Positions 27,795 to 38,307 of a DNA stretch of 64,000 nucleotides are shown in pieces. The DNA is from Dehalococcoidia bacterium (GTDB lineage Bacteria; Chloroflexota; Dehalococcoidia; Plut-88900): assembly GCA_965197585.1 (NCBI GenBank), contig OZ240215.1, forward strand, positions 2,336,001-2,400,000, written 5' to 3'. The notes beneath the pieces were generated by a model. That model saw only the letters and a program-made list of their open reading frames with translations, made no database searches and was not told the origin of the DNA. Numbering within the stretch: position 1 is the stretch's first letter; each line of letters starts with the position of its first letter. Position numbers and translations under genes: made by a program.

Positions 27795-28775
27795 ATGAAA
27801 GTACTCAGCAAGCCCATCATGGAAAAATGGCAGTATACGGACCTCCTCAAACAGATGCTGCTCATCCGCAGATTTGAGGAGAAGGCCGCCGAAATGTACA
27901 TGAGAGGCAAAATCGGCGGGTTTCTGCACCTGTACATAGGCGAAGAGGCCATGGCCGTAGGCTCGATTTCTACTCTGAAACCCCAGGACTACATAGTCAG
28001 CCACTACCGGGAGCACGGCCACGCCCTCGCCCGGGGCATCGAGCCCCAACGCATAATGGCCGAGCTCTTCGGTCGTGCCACCGGCACCAGCAAGGGCAAG
28101 GGCGGCTCCATGCACCTGTTCGATGCCGAACGAGGCTTCCTGGGGGGCTACGCCATAGTCGGCGGCATGATGCCCATAGCAGTGGGCCTCGGCCTCGCTG
28201 CCCAGCAGCAGGGCAACGATAGTGTGACCCTCTGCTTCTTCGGCGACGGCGCAGTCAACGAGGGCGAGTTCCACGAGTCCCTCAACCTCGCCGCCCTATG
28301 GAACCTGCCCGTCGTCTTCTTCTGCGAAAACAACGGCTATGGCATGGGCTCCCCCATCTCCGACACCTTCGCCGGCACCGATATCTTCCGCTTCGCTCCC
28401 GTCTACGGCATCAACACCCCCGGCAAGATCGACGGCATGGACGTTTTCGAGGTAATGGAAGCGACCAGGGAAGCCGTCGACCGCGCCCGCAAGGGCCAGG
28501 GGCCCACTTTCATTGAGGCGATCTCCTACCGCTTCCGAGGCCACTCAATGGCCGACCCTATGGTCTACCGCAAGAAGACCGAGGAAGAGGAGTGGCGCAA
28601 CAAGGGTCCCATTGTCCGCATGAAACGCCACATGGAAGAGCTTGGCTTGCTGGACGAAGCCGAAATGAAGGCCTTGGAAGCCGAGATTGACGAAGTTATT
28701 GAGGACGCCGTCCGCTTCGCCGACGAAAGCCCCGTCCTCCCCTACGAATCCATCTCCGACGACGTATACGCCTAG
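27795..28775 (+). CDS. pdhA: Pyruvate dehydrogenase E1 alpha
   Basis: GFLHLYIGEEA, GKGGSMH, GDGA..ENN, YRFRGHSMADP. Confidence 0.95.
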   Translation: MKVLSKPIMEKWQYTDLLKQMLLIRRFEEKAAEMYMRGKIGGFLHLYIGEEAMAVGSISTLKPQDYIVSHYREHGHALARGIEPQRIMAELFGRATGTSKGKGGSMHLFDAERGFLGGYAIVGGMMPIAVGLGLAAQQQGNDSVTLCFFGDGAVNEGEFHESLNLAALWNLPVVFFCENNGYGMGSPISDTFAGTDIFRFAPVYGINTPGKIDGMDVFEVMEATREAVDRARKGQGPTFIEAISYRFRGHSMADPMVYRKKTEEEEWRNKGPIVRMKRHMEELGLLDEAEMKALEAEIDEVIEDAVRFADESPVLPYESISDDVYA

Positions 28776-28785
28776 GCCCACCGAC

Positions 28786-29760
28786 ATGGCATCAATTACC
28801 TACAGGAAAGCCATCAGCCGAGTCCTTAAGGAGACCCTGGACAACGACCCCCGCGCCTTCATGATGGGCGAGGATATCGGCACCTATGAAGGGGCCTACG
28901 CCGTCACCAAGGGTTTTCTGGACAAGTACGGCCGAGAGAGGATCAAGGACACGCCCATATCCGAATCAGTGATAGTGGGCGCGGGTATCGGCGCTGCAAT
29001 GGGAGGTTCCCGCCCCATCGTCGAGCTAATGACCATCAACTTCAGCCTGCTTGCCATCGACCAGATCGTTAACAGCGCCGCCAAGCTCCACTACATGTCC
29101 GGCGGCCAGGTCACCGTGCCACTGGTCATTCGCACCGTCAGCGGTGGTGGCAACCAGCTCGCCGCCTCCCACTCCCAGAGCCTCGAGGGCTGGTACGCCC
29201 ACGTCCCCGGTCTCCGCGTAGTCGCACCCTCCACCCCCGCCGACGCCATAGGCCTTTTCAGGACCGCCTACCGTGACCCGAACACTGTTATGTTCATCGA
29301 GCACTCTCTTCTCTACGGGTCCCGAGGCGAAGTCCCCGAAGACCCCGACTTCACCATCCCCTTCGGCAAGGCTGACATCAAGCGCGATGGCTCGGACGTC
29401 ACCATAATCACCTACTCCCGGATGACCAGGGTCTCCCTGGACGCCGCCGAGAAGCTGGCCGAGGAGGGTATAGAGGCTGAGGTGGTGGACCTCCGCAGCC
29501 TGCGCCCCATGGACACCGAAACGATTATCGAGTCGGTGAAAAAGACCAGCCGGGCCGTCGTCGTCGAGGAAGGTTGGAAGCCCATGGGAATCGGCGCAGA
29601 GGTCTCCGCCCTTATCATGGAAAACGCCCTCGAATACCTCGATGCTCCCGTTCAAAGGGTCGCCTCTCTCGACATTCCCATGCCCTACGCCCGTTCCCTG
29701 GAGCAGGCCGCTATGCCCAGCGAAGCCCGAGTCATCGAGGCTGTCCACCGCCTCTTCTAG
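28786..29760 (+). CDS. pdhB: Pyruvate dehydrogenase E1 beta
   Basis: GEDIG..GAY, DTPISE, HSQSLE, DLRSLRP. Confidence 0.95.
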   Translation: MASITYRKAISRVLKETLDNDPRAFMMGEDIGTYEGAYAVTKGFLDKYGRERIKDTPISESVIVGAGIGAAMGGSRPIVELMTINFSLLAIDQIVNSAAKLHYMSGGQVTVPLVIRTVSGGGNQLAASHSQSLEGWYAHVPGLRVVAPSTPADAIGLFRTAYRDPNTVMFIEHSLLYGSRGEVPEDPDFTIPFGKADIKRDGSDVTIITYSRMTRVSLDAAEKLAEEGIEAEVVDLRSLRPMDTETIIESVKKTSRAVVVEEGWKPMGIGAEVSALIMENALEYLDAPVQRVASLDIPMPYARSLEQAAMPSEARVIEAVHRLF

Positions 29761-29816
29761 CTTTTTGCGCCTTTCTACGTATCAGCAATCGCTTAGATTT
29801 CATAGGAGGCAGACCA

Positions 29817-31037
29817 TTGGCCACCGACGTAATAATGCCCCAGATGGGCTTCGATATGGAGGAGGGCACCGTCGTCCGCTGGCTCAAGGCGGAAGGCGAT
29901 AACGTCGACAGGGGCGAACCCATCGTCGAGATAGAGACCGACAAGGCTACCGTAGAAGTCGAGTCCTTCGCCTCCGGTCTCCTGCGTCGTATCGTAGTCA
30001 CGGAAGGCATCACCGTACCCGTCGGCCAGATCATTGGCATCATCGCCTCCGCCGACGAAGACCTCCCCCAAATCCCCTCTCCCTCGATGGGAGAGGGTCA
30101 GGGTGAGGGTGACTCTCCCACCCCCTCCACCGCAGCCACTCCTGCATCAGTTATTTCTAAGCCTACCCCCACTCCCCCCACCCCCTCCAAGGGCGACCGC
30201 ATTCTCGTATCCCCCTTGGCAAAACGCATAGCCGAGGAGAAGGGCGTAGACCTTTCCACAGTCACGGGCACGGGGCCCAAAGGCAGAATCACCAAAGAGG
30301 ACGTCCTCGCCGCCGCCGAGGCAGACCAGGTCCCGGCCCCCGCACCGTCAGCAGTGGCAGATGTCACCGAGCTCTCCAGGATGCGCCAGACCATCGCCCG
30401 GCGCATGACCCAGAGCAAGCAGGAGATGCCCCACTTCTACGTCACCGCCAGCATAGACATGACCCGCGCCATGGCCCTCCGCGAGGAGCTCAACGAGCTC
30501 TGGACAGGCGAGGCCCGCCTCACCGTCAACGACCTTATCATCAAGGCCTCCGCCCTTGCCCTCGCCAAGTTCCCTGCCTTCAACTCCCACTACGCTGACG
30601 GCAAGATAAAGCACAACCCTTCTCTCAACATCGGCGTCGCCATAGCGCTGGAAGACGGCCTCATCGCCCCCGCCATCCTCGACTGCGGAGGCAGGAGCCT
30701 GAAAGATATCTCGGCGGCCAGCCGGGACCTTAGCACCCGGGCCCGAAATGGAGTCCTCAAGCCCCAGGAGTACACCGAGGCCACCATAGCCATAAGCAAC
30801 CTCGGAATGTTCCAGATCGATAGTTTCATCGCCATCATCAACCCCAAGCAGAGCGCCAGCATCGCCGTGGGAAGCGTGACGAAACAACCCGTCGTCCGGG
30901 ACGGCCAGATCACCATCGCCGACATCATGCAGTGCACCATCTCCGCCGACCACCGCGTCGTCAACGGCGCAGAGGCCGCCCAGTTCGTCAACGAGATCAA
31001 GGCCTACCTGGAAAAACCCTCCAGCCTCCTCCTTTAG
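29817..31037 (+). CDS. pdhC: Dihydrolipoamide acetyltransferase (E2)
   Basis: TTG start after AGGAGG; lipoyl ETDKA, E3-binding GTGPKGRI, catalytic DHRVVNG. Confidence 0.95.
   Translation: MATDVIMPQMGFDMEEGTVVRWLKAEGDNVDRGEPIVEIETDKATVEVESFASGLLRRIVVTEGITVPVGQIIGIIASADEDLPQIPSPSMGEGQGEGDSPTPSTAATPASVISKPTPTPPTPSKGDRILVSPLAKRIAEEKGVDLSTVTGTGPKGRITKEDVLAAAEADQVPAPAPSAVADVTELSRMRQTIARRMTQSKQEMPHFYVTASIDMTRAMALREELNELWTGEARLTVNDLIIKASALALAKFPAFNSHYADGKIKHNPSLNIGVAIALEDGLIAPAILDCGGRSLKDISAASRDLSTRARNGVLKPQEYTEATIAISNLGMFQIDSFIAIINPKQSASIAVGSVTKQPVVRDGQITIADIMQCTISADHRVVNGAEAAQFVNEIKAYLEKPSSLLL
30074..30112. repeat. REP-like palindrome inside the pdhC coding linker
   Basis: Near-identical to intergenic 3042-3079; translated as PSPSMGEGQGEGD. 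Confidence 0.8.
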
Positions 31038-31073
31038 TTTCCATGTCGAGGGCGGTGGTGGGCGTCCTTTTAT

Positions 31074-31118
31074 CCCCTCTCCCTTGACGGGAGAGGGTTA
31101 GGGTGAGGGTGAGGGTGA
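31074..31118. repeat. REP-like palindrome
   Basis: CCCTCTCCC/GGGAGAGGG plus TAGGGTGAGGGTGAGGGTGA. Confidence 0.8.
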
Positions 31119-31126
31119 ATCCACCC

Positions 31127-32272
31127 ATGAAAATCAAATCCGTCCACGCAGCCCCAATAACCAACGACAGGGTCCTCTGCGGCCCCGAGACCCCCAAGGC
31201 CGACTGGTATCATGAAATCTCCACCAGGGGTGGTGTCTGGGCATCCAATCGGGTCCCGCCCTGGGGCCATGTCGCCTGCGTCATCACCGCCGAGGACGGA
31301 ACGTGGGGCCTGGGCATGACCAGCAACGCTGGGCCTGTTGCCTCCATCATCAACGATCATTACGCGACCTTCCTGACCGGCGAGAACTGCATGGCCACCG
31401 AGAAGCTGTGGACCTTGATGGTCGACTCCTCCGTCCATTACAGCGCCGCGGGCCTCGCGGGCTACGCCATCAGCGCCGTTGACCTGGCCCTATGGGACCT
31501 CAAGGGCAAGCTGCTCGGCAGGCCCGTCTACGAACTCCTGGGAGGCCCCATCCAGGATGCCCTCTTCTGCTATGCCACCGGCCACGACATCGAGTGGTAC
31601 AAGGAGCTCGGGTTTCGGGCAGCCAAGCTGGGGCTTCCCGCCTCCGAGACCCATGACCCCGGCATAATCGGCGAAACTGAAGACACCATCGCCGCCGCCC
31701 GCGAGGCCCTCGGCCCGGACCGAGAACTCATGCTCGACTGCTACGCCGTAACCTCGGACCAGGACTTCATCGTACGCCTCGCCGAACGCCTGCGGCCCTA
31801 CAATCTCAAGTGGATCGAAGACTACCTGCTCCCGGAAGACCTTCAAGGCTACGATTCGGTGCGGCGTCGGCTCCCGTGGCAGACCCTCGCCTCGGGTGAG
31901 CGCTGGTACATGCTGGCGCCATTTTCCGCGGCGGCAGCGGGGCACCTCGTAGACATCATGCAGCCGGACATCCGTTACGCCGGAGGTATGACCGCATGCG
32001 TGAAGATATGTAACCTCGCCGAGGCCGCAGGGATTCAGGTCATGCCCCATCTCGCCGGCGGCGACTCCTACGGCCAGCACCTCGCCTACGGGACATCCGC
32101 CTCCACCTGGGCCGAGTTCCTCGTCATCACCGCGGTCGGCGAGCCGATGAATGACGGCTACCGCACCAATCCCGGCATGGCATTCCCCAAAGACGGCATG
32201 CTGGTACCCTCGGACGCGCCGGGATTCGGCATTGAACTCTCGCTGACCGATATCGAGGATGCTACCCGCTAG
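31127..32272 (+). CDS. Enolase-superfamily acid-sugar dehydratase (L-rhamnonate dehydratase-like)
   Basis: ISAVDLALWDL.GK..PVYELLGG, LMLDC, WIED, SGE, QPD, PGFG. Confidence 0.85.
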   Translation: MKIKSVHAAPITNDRVLCGPETPKADWYHEISTRGGVWASNRVPPWGHVACVITAEDGTWGLGMTSNAGPVASIINDHYATFLTGENCMATEKLWTLMVDSSVHYSAAGLAGYAISAVDLALWDLKGKLLGRPVYELLGGPIQDALFCYATGHDIEWYKELGFRAAKLGLPASETHDPGIIGETEDTIAAAREALGPDRELMLDCYAVTSDQDFIVRLAERLRPYNLKWIEDYLLPEDLQGYDSVRRRLPWQTLASGERWYMLAPFSAAAAGHLVDIMQPDIRYAGGMTACVKICNLAEAAGIQVMPHLAGGDSYGQHLAYGTSASTWAEFLVITAVGEPMNDGYRTNPGMAFPKDGMLVPSDAPGFGIELSLTDIEDATR

Positions 32273-33396
32273 ACCTTGTAGATCCGCGCCGCGTTGCCCG
32301 CTACTATCTTCTCTTTCTCTTCCTGGGTGCAGTCCGCCAGCGTCGTCTCGATAAACTCCCGTGACTTGGGGAACGTGCCCTCGGTGTGGGGGTAGTCGGA
32401 TCCCCACATTATGTTGTCCACCCCTATGATGTCCCGGTGGGTGATGCCCAGGGCGTCCTCCTGGAAGTCGACAAAGCAGTTGGAGTGAAACACGTCGCTC
32501 GGCACCATTCCATTCTTCAGCTGGAACCCCTCGCGTCCAGCCGCCCGCTCGCTGTAGCTGTAGTCCATCCGCTCTATCCAGTAGGGCACCCAGTTGAGTT
32601 CGTGTTCCGCAACCCCGACCCTCAGATTGGGGTACCGTTCGAACACGCCGCTTAATATCATCTCCGTCAGCGATACCCTCACCCAGAAGTCGGCATTGTC
32701 CAGCATCAGGGTGGAGAAATTGAAGGCGTCCAGCTCTCGGTCCCACCCCCGCCCCGCCTGGACCCTCGCCGTCGAGATATGTAGTCCCAACGGCATCCCC
32801 AGGTCCTGGGCGGTAGCCCATAACGGCTCGTTAGCTTCATCGAAATAGGGCCTCGCCGACATGTATTCCGGTATAGCCGCGCCTACAAAACCGAGCTTCG
32901 CGCACCGCTTCAGTTCCTCTACCCCGACCGCCACGTCATCGATATTTATTGTGGCGATTCCCTTCAACCTACGCGGCTGGGCCTGGCAGTAATCCGCCGC
33001 AAACCCGTTGTAGGCCCGCAGTATCGCCGAGAGCAGTTCGCTCCCCTCCACGAACGCGTACAGGAATATGGTCAGGCTCGGGTACACGATCCCCACATCT
33101 ATCCCGTCGAAGTCCATATCCTTGATGGCCTCTTCCGGGATGTAGGCCCCCGGCCTCGCATTCTCCCAGGCATCCACGGTCTGCAGCGATTCCGCGTCCT
33201 CAAACCGTTGCCCGGCCTGGCTCGCCATGCTTGTGATGTTGAAGGTCGGCTTGCCTTCTACAAACCAGAACGGCCCTTTCTCCGTGTCCCGCATGGCCGG
33301 GGCCTGGTCCCGGAAGCCCGGTTCCATCCTATCAAGCCACAAATTAGGCGGCTCGACGATGTGATTGTCCGATGAGATAACCCTGTAGTCCGCCAT
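32269..33396 (-). CDS. Amidohydrolase (Amidohydro_2 / LigW-like)
   Basis: ISSDNHIVEP, GVFERYPNL, WGSDYPH. Confidence 0.9.
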   Translation of the reverse strand: MADYRVISSDNHIVEPPNLWLDRMEPGFRDQAPAMRDTEKGPFWFVEGKPTFNITSMASQAGQRFEDAESLQTVDAWENARPGAYIPEEAIKDMDFDGIDVGIVYPSLTIFLYAFVEGSELLSAILRAYNGFAADYCQAQPRRLKGIATINIDDVAVGVEELKRCAKLGFVGAAIPEYMSARPYFDEANEPLWATAQDLGMPLGLHISTARVQAGRGWDRELDAFNFSTLMLDNADFWVRVSLTEMILSGVFERYPNLRVGVAEHELNWVPYWIERMDYSYSERAAGREGFQLKNGMVPSDVFHSNCFVDFQEDALGITHRDIIGVDNIMWGSDYPHTEGTFPKSREFIETTLADCTQEEKEKIVAGNAARIYKV

Positions 33397-33449
33397 AATC
33401 TTCCCTCCAACTCTGCGTTCGCCAGTACCTGCCCATAATATATCACCCC

Positions 33450-33975
33450 CTCCCTCCCGTCATTCCCGACTCCGATCAGGAATCCACGGGCCGAGAGGGG
33501 CCGCTCGTGCTGAGGCTCTCGAAGTATGAGCGGGGGGGTGTCCGCATAGGAGCAGTACCACGTGATTGTCTCCCCACCTACCCCCCACCCCCCTGTCATC
33601 CCGAGGCCCCGCGAGGGATCTAGGACTTGCCCCATCACACCCCTCTTCACTATTCCCACTCCCATCGATAAGGCCATTCCATAACCCCGACAGACAGGGT
33701 GAGGGGGTGTCTTATACCCTCTCCCTCGACGAGACCTTTGCATAACCCCTGTCGGCGGGGCCGGGGCCGCTCGTGCTGTCGAAGATCCGCCGAGGCGGGA
33801 GGCTCTCGAAGTATGAGCGGGGGGGTGCCCGCATAGGAGCAGTTCAACCTGATTGTCTCCCCCACTCCCCCGTCATTCCTGCCGAGCCGGAATCCATCCT
33901 TGGAGAGGGGCCGCTCACCCTGAGCCCCGTCGAAGGGTCGAGCGGGGGGCGGCCCCGCGTTGTCAATCCGTCGCG
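33450..33975. repeat. Cluster of REP-like palindromes of several families with a micro-insertion at 33779-33799
   Basis: GTCATTCC..GGAATCC, CCGCTCGTGCTGAG..GAGCGG and CCCTCTCCC motifs; 33496-33600 partly duplicated at 33763-33880. Confidence 0.8.
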
Positions 33976-34003
33976 GTTGTCACCCAAAAGTGACACGAAC
34001 CCC

Positions 34004-34033
34004 TTGACCAAAGTAAGACACATGTACTATATT
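34004..34033 (+). promoter_or_regulatory. sigma70-type promoter TTGACC-N18-TATATT with SOS-box-like AGAC-ACAT-GTAC
   Basis: Nearly identical to 14505-14534. Confidence 0.65.
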
Positions 34034-34039
34034 CACCCC

Positions 34040-34680
34040 CGATAGGCCAATCACTCACCCTAAACCCAAAGGAGGAACCAAAACACAGGGGGAAGCCAAT
34101 CCCCGGCCCCCGAGGACTCAACGTCTAAGCCCATCCCAAAGGGCGGCCCACCCGCCGCCCCTCGGCTCAAGCGAAAGCGGAACGTCCGCCTACGGAGGAC
34201 CGCCATCTCCTCATATCAAAGGCCCAGGCTCACCTTCCCCCGCAACCCAGGCGATGGAAGATCCACAGACTATGCTCGGCAGGCCCCGTCCAACGACGCC
34301 CCTGCCGATTCAACGCCCCCCATCATCGGGTGCGTTTACCCCGGCCCATTGCGCGCCGGTTTTCCCGGCAGGTCAACCGACCCCCGGTTTAGCAAGGCCC
34401 TCGTGCCTTGTTTGTCCCGCCGTCCCAGCCATCCGTCTATCCGGCGGATGCACCAGGACGCCGGTTATGAAAGTCCGCCTCAGGCGGCATCTTCCCCGTC
34501 AGCGGTCTGGTCAAGCGCCGCTGCCGGTGGGATCGGCCCCACACAACCCTGACCACAGCCGACAACGTGTGGGGATAATCCAGCCCGGCGCCGACGGCTC
34601 GGCAGCAACCCCCGGCCTGGTTTCTAGTCACCGGACCTTCCATCGCCTGCCCCTCCAGAACAGACATGAACCCACAAATC
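34040..34680 (+). ncRNA. Putative large structured ncRNA, copy 2
   Basis: Homologous to copies 1 and 3; inverted repeat 34248-34264 / 34633-34649; shares CCATTGC and CYTCGT loops with copy 1. Confidence 0.7.
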
Positions 34681-35027
34681 CTTGCTACAACTCAATATCC
34701 CATCGAGGCTGGTTGCCCCACCTCCCCCCATCCACGAAAGGCGCCGCCTACTAGCCCATGCCTTCCCCAAAAACGAATTTCCCTAAAAACAATCAAAGTT
34801 CATGCCTGAGTCCGCACATCAATCAAAAACCCCGGCCCGTCGGCCCAACCGGATCATCAATCTGGAGCGGCCCCTCCGTTGTCCCACCCTATGCCCCAAA
34901 GGAGGCCGCCCGCTAGCCCATAACCCAACCCCTACCCCAACAACTAAATGTACATTCCCTTGCGACTCGCAATCCGGCCATGCTAGAGTAACTTCTCGGT
35001 TGGCGTACATCGCAGGGGGAGGCTGGC

Positions 35028-36155
35028 ATGACCTACAACATAATTTCCGGCGACGGGCATGTTGACCTTAACTGGCTCCCCCATGACCTCTTTGTGGACA
35101 ACGCACCGGCCCAGTGGAAGGACAAGATGCCCCATGTAGAGGACGCATCCTCGGGTCCCGTGTGGAAGGCCAACGGCAAGATCATGACCCCCGTGGGAGT
35201 GTTTAGGGCAGAATCCTGGACAAACCCCGCCGGTTTCCACAGGGAGCAGCGGCTGGAAGAAGTCGGCTTCTCCGCGGACTCCCGCCGAGGCATCTACCAC
35301 CCCTCCAACCCCGAACTCAGAGTCAAGGACCAGGACCTCGATGGCATCGACGCTGAGGTGATCTACGGCATGGCCTTCGGCCCCGATCAGATCCGTGACA
35401 TGGAGGCCCGCTCCCTCGTATATAGCATCTACAACGACTGGGCCGCCTCCTTCGCCAGCCACAATCCGGAACGGCTGGCCTGTTTGGCCTGCCTGCCCCA
35501 CCACAATCCCCAAGCCGCCGCCGATGAGCTTAGAAGGGCCGCGGGCCTGGGCCTCAAGGGCGCCGAGTTCCGCGCCGGCCTCGCAACCATGCCCATCTTC
35601 TACAAGGAGTGGGACGTCCTGTGGGAGGCCTCGGTGGAATGCAATATGCCGCTTTCCTTTCACCTCCTCGAAAACTTGCCCAAGGCTAAGGAACCCAAGG
35701 AAAAGGAGTACTTCGACGCCTATTGGACCGTCCTGCTCACCATGGCCCAGCTGGACGGCATCGAGCACCTCAGCAGCATCATCATGTCGGGGGCTTGCGA
35801 TAGGTTCCCGGATTTCAAGTTCGTCCTCGGCGAGGCGGGCATCGGCTGGATTCCCTATGTCATAGACCGAATGGACCACGAAAGTGAAGGCATCAAGAGC
35901 CTGGGCATGAAGCCCAGCGCCTACTGGTACAGGCAGGGCTTCTCCACCTTCCAGAAAGAGGGCATCGCCGGAGATATCCTCTCACTCGTCGGCGAAGATA
36001 ACGTCCTGTGGGGCAACGACTACCCCCACAACGACTGCGTATGGCCCGACTCCCTGGAAACCATCGAGTTCAGCCTGAAGGGCCTGAAAGACGAAAATGC
36101 CCGCCGTAAGGTGATCTGCGAAAACACCGGCCGCCTCTACGGTTTCCTCAACTAA
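35028..36155 (+). CDS. Amidohydrolase (Amidohydro_2 family)
   Basis: ISGDGH, DQDLDGIDAEVIY, WGNDYPH; RBS GGAGG. Confidence 0.9.
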   Translation: MTYNIISGDGHVDLNWLPHDLFVDNAPAQWKDKMPHVEDASSGPVWKANGKIMTPVGVFRAESWTNPAGFHREQRLEEVGFSADSRRGIYHPSNPELRVKDQDLDGIDAEVIYGMAFGPDQIRDMEARSLVYSIYNDWAASFASHNPERLACLACLPHHNPQAAADELRRAAGLGLKGAEFRAGLATMPIFYKEWDVLWEASVECNMPLSFHLLENLPKAKEPKEKEYFDAYWTVLLTMAQLDGIEHLSSIIMSGACDRFPDFKFVLGEAGIGWIPYVIDRMDHESEGIKSLGMKPSAYWYRQGFSTFQKEGIAGDILSLVGEDNVLWGNDYPHNDCVWPDSLETIEFSLKGLKDENARRKVICENTGRLYGFLN

Positions 36156-36181
36156 ACTACTTTGTCCATATCCTTCCACTT

Positions 36182-38242
36182 ATGTCCATAACCATCGGCA
36201 TCGACATCGGCGGCACCTTCACAGATGTAGTGTCCCTGGATAACGAATCGGGCGAACTGCAGTACGCCAAGGTCAACTCGACTCCCCCCAGGCTCGTCGA
36301 CGGCTTCATGAAGGGTGCGGACAGCGTCCGACGCTTGGCCTCCGCCTCCTTCGCCGACGTCTCCCGCATTGCCCACGGCACGACCATCGGTACCAACGCC
36401 ATCCTGGAGGCCCGTGGCTCGACCATCGGCATTCTCACCACCAAGGGTTTCGAGGACGTCCTCACCATCGGGCGCCAGAAGCGTTCCGACATGTACGACG
36501 TATTCATTGAGCCCGAGACCCCCGTCTTCCTAGCCCCTCGCCGCCGGATTATGGGCATCGAGGAGCGTATCTTCGCAAACGGTGGCGTCGACGTTCCTCT
36601 CAACGAAGCCGAGGTTGCCGCAGCCGTCGAGACCCTCGTAACCGAGCACAATGTCGAGGCCATAGCCGTCTGCTATCTGTTCTCCTTCGCCAACGCTGCC
36701 CACGAAGAGCGGACCCGGGACATCATCCTCAATGCCCATCCCGGTCTCAGGATCTCCTTATCCTCCGAGCTCGACCCCCGGTTCCGGGAGTACGAGCGCC
36801 TCTGCCTCACCGCCTTCGACGCCTATCTCAGGCCCGTGCTCGAACGCTATATCCAGCAAGTCCGGGACTCCCTCTCCAAAAGCGGCGTCAAGGCCCGCCT
36901 CCACATCATCCACTCCCGCGGCGGCATCACCAGTGACGAAACCATCCTCTCCAACACCGTATCCACGGTCCTTTCGGGACCCGCGGCCGGGGTAATCGGT
37001 GGCGTCCACGCCGGCAAGCTCAGCGACCTCACCGACCTCATCACCCTGGACATGGGCGGCACCAGCTGCGACATCTCCCTGGTGGACAAGGGGAAGCCCG
37101 TCCTCTCCAACGAGGGCAAGATCGCAAAGTACCCCCTGCGCCAGCCAATGCTCGATATCAACACCATCGGGGCTGGTGGCGGTAGCATAGCCTGGGTGGA
37201 CCGCAGCGGAGCCCTGAGGGTCGGGCCCCGGAGCGCGGGCGCCTCGCCCGGCCCCGCTGCCTACAATATGGGCGGCGCCGAGCCTACCGTCACCGACGCC
37301 AGCCTCATTCTCGGCTACCTGGACCCCGGCTACTTCGCTGGCGGTTCCATGAAGTTGTCGGCGGAAAAGGCGGAAGAGGCAGTCCAAACCAACGTCGCCG
37401 GCCCCCTCGGCATCGACATCCTGGAAGCCGCCCACGGTATCCACACCATAGTCAACAACCACATGGCCGACGAAGTCCGCCTGGTCTCCGTCTTCCGCGG
37501 CTACGACCCTCGGAACTTCTCCTTGGTCGCCCTTGGGGGCGCTGGGCCCGTGCACGCAGGTAGGCTGGCACAGCAGACCAACACCGGCAAAGTCCTGGTC
37601 CCCCTAAACCCGGGCGTTCTCTCTGCATTTGGGCTCCTAGTCGCCAACCTTGAGCACGAAAGGGCCCGCACTTTCCGAGTTAAGGCCGTCGACGCCGTAC
37701 CCGCCGAGCTGCAAGTGGCTTTCGATGCTCTGGAAGCCGACTGCCACTCCCAGATGGACAGGGACGCAGTCTCCGGACGCCCTATAATCACGTCCAAGTC
37801 CGTGGAGGTGCGCTACGTAGGTCAGTCCTATGAGTTGGAGGTTCCCATCGGGGGCAAGGATGTGGACGACAAAGCCATAGCCCGGGTCATCGAGGACTTC
37901 CACGCCCTCCACGAAAGGGTCTACGGCCACCGGGACTCGGATGATCTGGTAGAGCTCGTAACCTTGCGTGTTGTCCTGTCCCAGGCGCCTGGGCGTATGC
38001 CGGGCGGTGCGAAGCTGGTAACGTCCCAGGGTGATCCTTCTCCCCGAACTACTCGCAAAGCCTACTTCCCCGAGGCCGGCGGCCTCATCGACACCCCCAT
38101 CTACGACCGTGACGCCCTCGGCGCGGGAGCCGTGCTGCAAGGTCCTGCCATCGTTCAGCAGCTGGACACCACCACCGTCGTCTACCCCGGCAGCTCCGCC
38201 ACCATCGACGCCCACGGCAACCTCATCATCGAGATTGGTTGA
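36182..38242 (+). CDS. Hydantoinase/oxoprolinase ATP-dependent subunit A
   Basis: GIDIGGTFTD, HGTTIGTN, SGPAAG, DMGGTS, GAGGGSI, GGAGP. Confidence 0.92.
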   Translation: MSITIGIDIGGTFTDVVSLDNESGELQYAKVNSTPPRLVDGFMKGADSVRRLASASFADVSRIAHGTTIGTNAILEARGSTIGILTTKGFEDVLTIGRQKRSDMYDVFIEPETPVFLAPRRRIMGIEERIFANGGVDVPLNEAEVAAAVETLVTEHNVEAIAVCYLFSFANAAHEERTRDIILNAHPGLRISLSSELDPRFREYERLCLTAFDAYLRPVLERYIQQVRDSLSKSGVKARLHIIHSRGGITSDETILSNTVSTVLSGPAAGVIGGVHAGKLSDLTDLITLDMGGTSCDISLVDKGKPVLSNEGKIAKYPLRQPMLDINTIGAGGGSIAWVDRSGALRVGPRSAGASPGPAAYNMGGAEPTVTDASLILGYLDPGYFAGGSMKLSAEKAEEAVQTNVAGPLGIDILEAAHGIHTIVNNHMADEVRLVSVFRGYDPRNFSLVALGGAGPVHAGRLAQQTNTGKVLVPLNPGVLSAFGLLVANLEHERARTFRVKAVDAVPAELQVAFDALEADCHSQMDRDAVSGRPIITSKSVEVRYVGQSYELEVPIGGKDVDDKAIARVIEDFHALHERVYGHRDSDDLVELVTLRVVLSQAPGRMPGGAKLVTSQGDPSPRTTRKAYFPEAGGLIDTPIYDRDALGAGAVLQGPAIVQQLDTTTVVYPGSSATIDAHGNLIIEIG

Positions 38243-38307
38243 CCCGCCCCTCCCTTTAGGCCATTCTCCCCATGCTATAATTTTTTGTACCGTCTAGGGA
38301 GAAACCC

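Noticed and set aside
31490-32821. Long alternative-frame or antisense ORFs (also 24102-25019, 51472-52590, 52941-54218)
   Set aside because: Shadow ORFs of GC-rich genes with no recognisable motifs.
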